Below are positions 61,646 to 64,000 of a stretch of 64,000 nucleotides of DNA, in pieces (the first letter of the stretch is position 1; each line of letters opens with the position of its first letter). The notes under the pieces were generated by a model, which was not told the origin of the DNA, did no database searches, and worked only from the letters and a program-made list of their open reading frames with translations. Made by a program: the position numbers and the translations under genes. Origin of the DNA: Dicyema japonicum (Eukaryota; Animalia; Dicyemida); the NCBI GenBank assembly GCA_011109175.1, contig RDEW01000007.1, forward strand, positions 743,712 to 807,711. Reading direction: 5' to 3'.

Positions 61646-64000
61646 GTGCGTCATGTGGTTCACCGTTTCTATAGTCTTAAACTATATCTAAAAAGAACCA
61701 TTTGCTCCCTACCAACCAGAGGACTATCCACTGGACGGCATTCTCTCAACGTTGGAACATTTAATAGATTGAAACTGTTGACCTCAGGAGACCGTGGAAC
61801 AAAATCCAGGCCCAACTAAGTTAACAATCCAAAGCGTAAACATAAACGGGATCAGAGTAAAGATTGCCGAACTTCCCTTATTCTTGGAGAGGAACAGAGT
61901 AGATATCTGTTTTCTCCAGGAAACGAAGCTTTCAAGTAACATTCCTACTCCTCTCTTTAATGGATACAACACAATAAGATCCGACCGTCCATCTGACCAA
62001 GGAGGGGGTATACTGACTCTTGTGAGAAAAGGAATAAAATACCTCGAGAAACCTTCTCCCTACAAAAGCCTAATGGAAGACTCGAACACGGAGCTAATTG
62101 GAATTTCTGTTGTAACTTCCATTGGAAAAATTGAAATTGCGAATGTTTATGTTCCTCCTCCAGGGTCCTGCAAGAAAAATTTCTACTTTGACCCATCGAC
62201 CTAGGACAAACTGGAGAACTTGTTTTCATGTGGAGACCTGAATGCGAAGCACCCTTCTTGGTTCCGCTACCAGGCCGCTGATAACAGAGGAAACCTGCTA
62301 TTATCCCAAATGCAAAACTTAATAATCGTCAACAATCCGAAAAAGAACACTAGGACACCATACAACACGAAGGACATGGTGACATCTTCGGATTTATCAA
62401 TCTGCTCGCCTCGTTATTCCCCGATCATTAATTGGGCAGTCCGTTATGATTGCCGGAGTGACCACCATTAAATGATAATAACGCTGAACTGAGAGCTACT
62501 TTTTGTACCGAAGCCTATTAATTTCTATGATTACAAAAATGCAAATTGGACTGGCTTTACAAATTTCGTTGATTCAAAACTGCAAAACTTCTACCCTGAA
62601 AATTTCTGTTCCATAGACAGAGCTGTATACTATTTCAACAGAACAATCATTGATGGGAGAAAAATTTTTGTCAGAAAAGCATATATAAAAAACGAAAAAT
62701 TAAAATACGACTCAAAAACAAAGAAAATTATTATGAAAAGAAACACCCTTAAAAGAATGACACATCGATCACGAGAGGTCATTAATCGAATCAGGGCACT
62801 AAACATTCTGATCACGAAAAGGACGAACAACACTCGAAGAAAGAAACTCATGCGAATCTCTGCTGTCATGAATAATCAGACCTCAATTTCCAACATGTGG
62901 AAGATGTTGAGGTGTCTGAAGAACCCAGAATACGAAGATAACAAAGAACAATGCCAGCTCAATCTGAATATATTTATGAAACATTGTATCCGAATCAGTC
63001 ACATTCCTTATAAAAAGATTAACACAGAACCGAAAATAAAGAGAAAGCCATCCATAATGGCTCCGCTGATTTATTTTTCCCTAAAGATGTATCCAAAGCA
63101 ATATCAAATCAAAAAAACAAACTCATGTGGCCCAGACGGAATTCCCCTTGTTCTGCTGAGACACTTGGGACCACCACCAATAAATGACAATCATCTACAA
63201 CACATCGCTAAACATAAATATCATATCGACTTTATAGAAAACTATCAAAAATTCGTCCAATATTGAAACCGGGAAGACCGAAGAACGATTCCGGCTCTTA
63301 CAGTCCAGTCTCCCTTATATGTGTTTTGTCGAGAATCTTGGGGAAACTTGTCCTAAAACTTATTTGCCCCTCTCTCCCACAACCTACATTCCTACATGCC
63401 TTCAAGGAAGGATTATCAACAACCTCCTTCCTAACAACACTACTGAAGTTCATAACTGAAGGACACAAGAACAAGCCAAAACAGGAAAAATCGGTCATTC
63501 AAAAAGTTCGAGTCTGTCCTAAAGAAGATCCTCATACAAAAATTATTGTTGATAAAAATTGCTGCACCACTTAAGTCATAGATAACAAATTTCTTAAGTG
63601 GATGCCGAGAGAAAGTGTGCGTCGGAAACAAGAGTTCCAGATCGAGATTGTTACCCAATGGTGTACCCCAGGGATCTCCTTTGTCACCAATCCTCTTTAA
63701 TTTGGTTCTGAACGATCTCCCCGTTCCTATGAATAATAATGACATGCTACTTTCTTATGTCGATGACATAGTTGTCGCACCTAGGGACGTAAATGTCAAA
63801 CATGCTAAAGGAAGACTACAAGGAATACTAAATAACATATTTGGATGGTTGTGAGAAAATCAATTAAATTCATGTTCCGGAAAGTCAGCAGTCACTCTAT
63901 CAACTTGTGCAAATAAGATCAATTTTGTAAAAGCCTTTTTGGAAATGTAGAGGAATTTATCCGCCAGGTATTGAGACCCTCTACAAGCAGTATATCGAGC
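61646..64000 (+). mobile_element. Ingi/Vingi-like LINE with structured leader, 2A-like motif, APE and RT (runs off the window)
   Basis: FNRLKLLTSGD(+1 nt)VEQNPGP, SVNING, FLQETK, GGGILTL, GDLNAKH, SDH, GPDGIP, NGVPQGSPLSP and YVDD. Confidence 0.9.

Overview
This is AT-rich eukaryotic (animal) nuclear DNA with very short spliceosomal introns, mostly 21-27 nt. That intron size is known from dicyemid mesozoans, but the taxon is an inference. Manual splicing recovers eight host genes: TTLL4, RPS19 (missed by the ORF track), an innexin, filamin, an intronless HAD-like protein, a J-domain protein, a miniature XRCC2 and NAA10. Most of the rest is mobile-element debris: CRE-clade, Ingi/Vingi-like, Jockey/I-like and RTE-like non-LTR retrotransposons, a tRNA-derived SINE, and Tc1, Tigger/pogo and hAT elements and MITEs. 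The main unexplained signals are: (1) the palindrome CACGTG occurs about 44 times by hand count versus about 7 expected, and is densest in host genes; (2) a LINE family whose 5' leader folds like an HDV-type ribozyme and is followed by a 2A/StopGo motif, with short non-autonomous derivatives; (3) many in-frame stop-free 24-nt introns. There is one 621-nt N gap and several short tandem duplications that are probably assembly artefacts.
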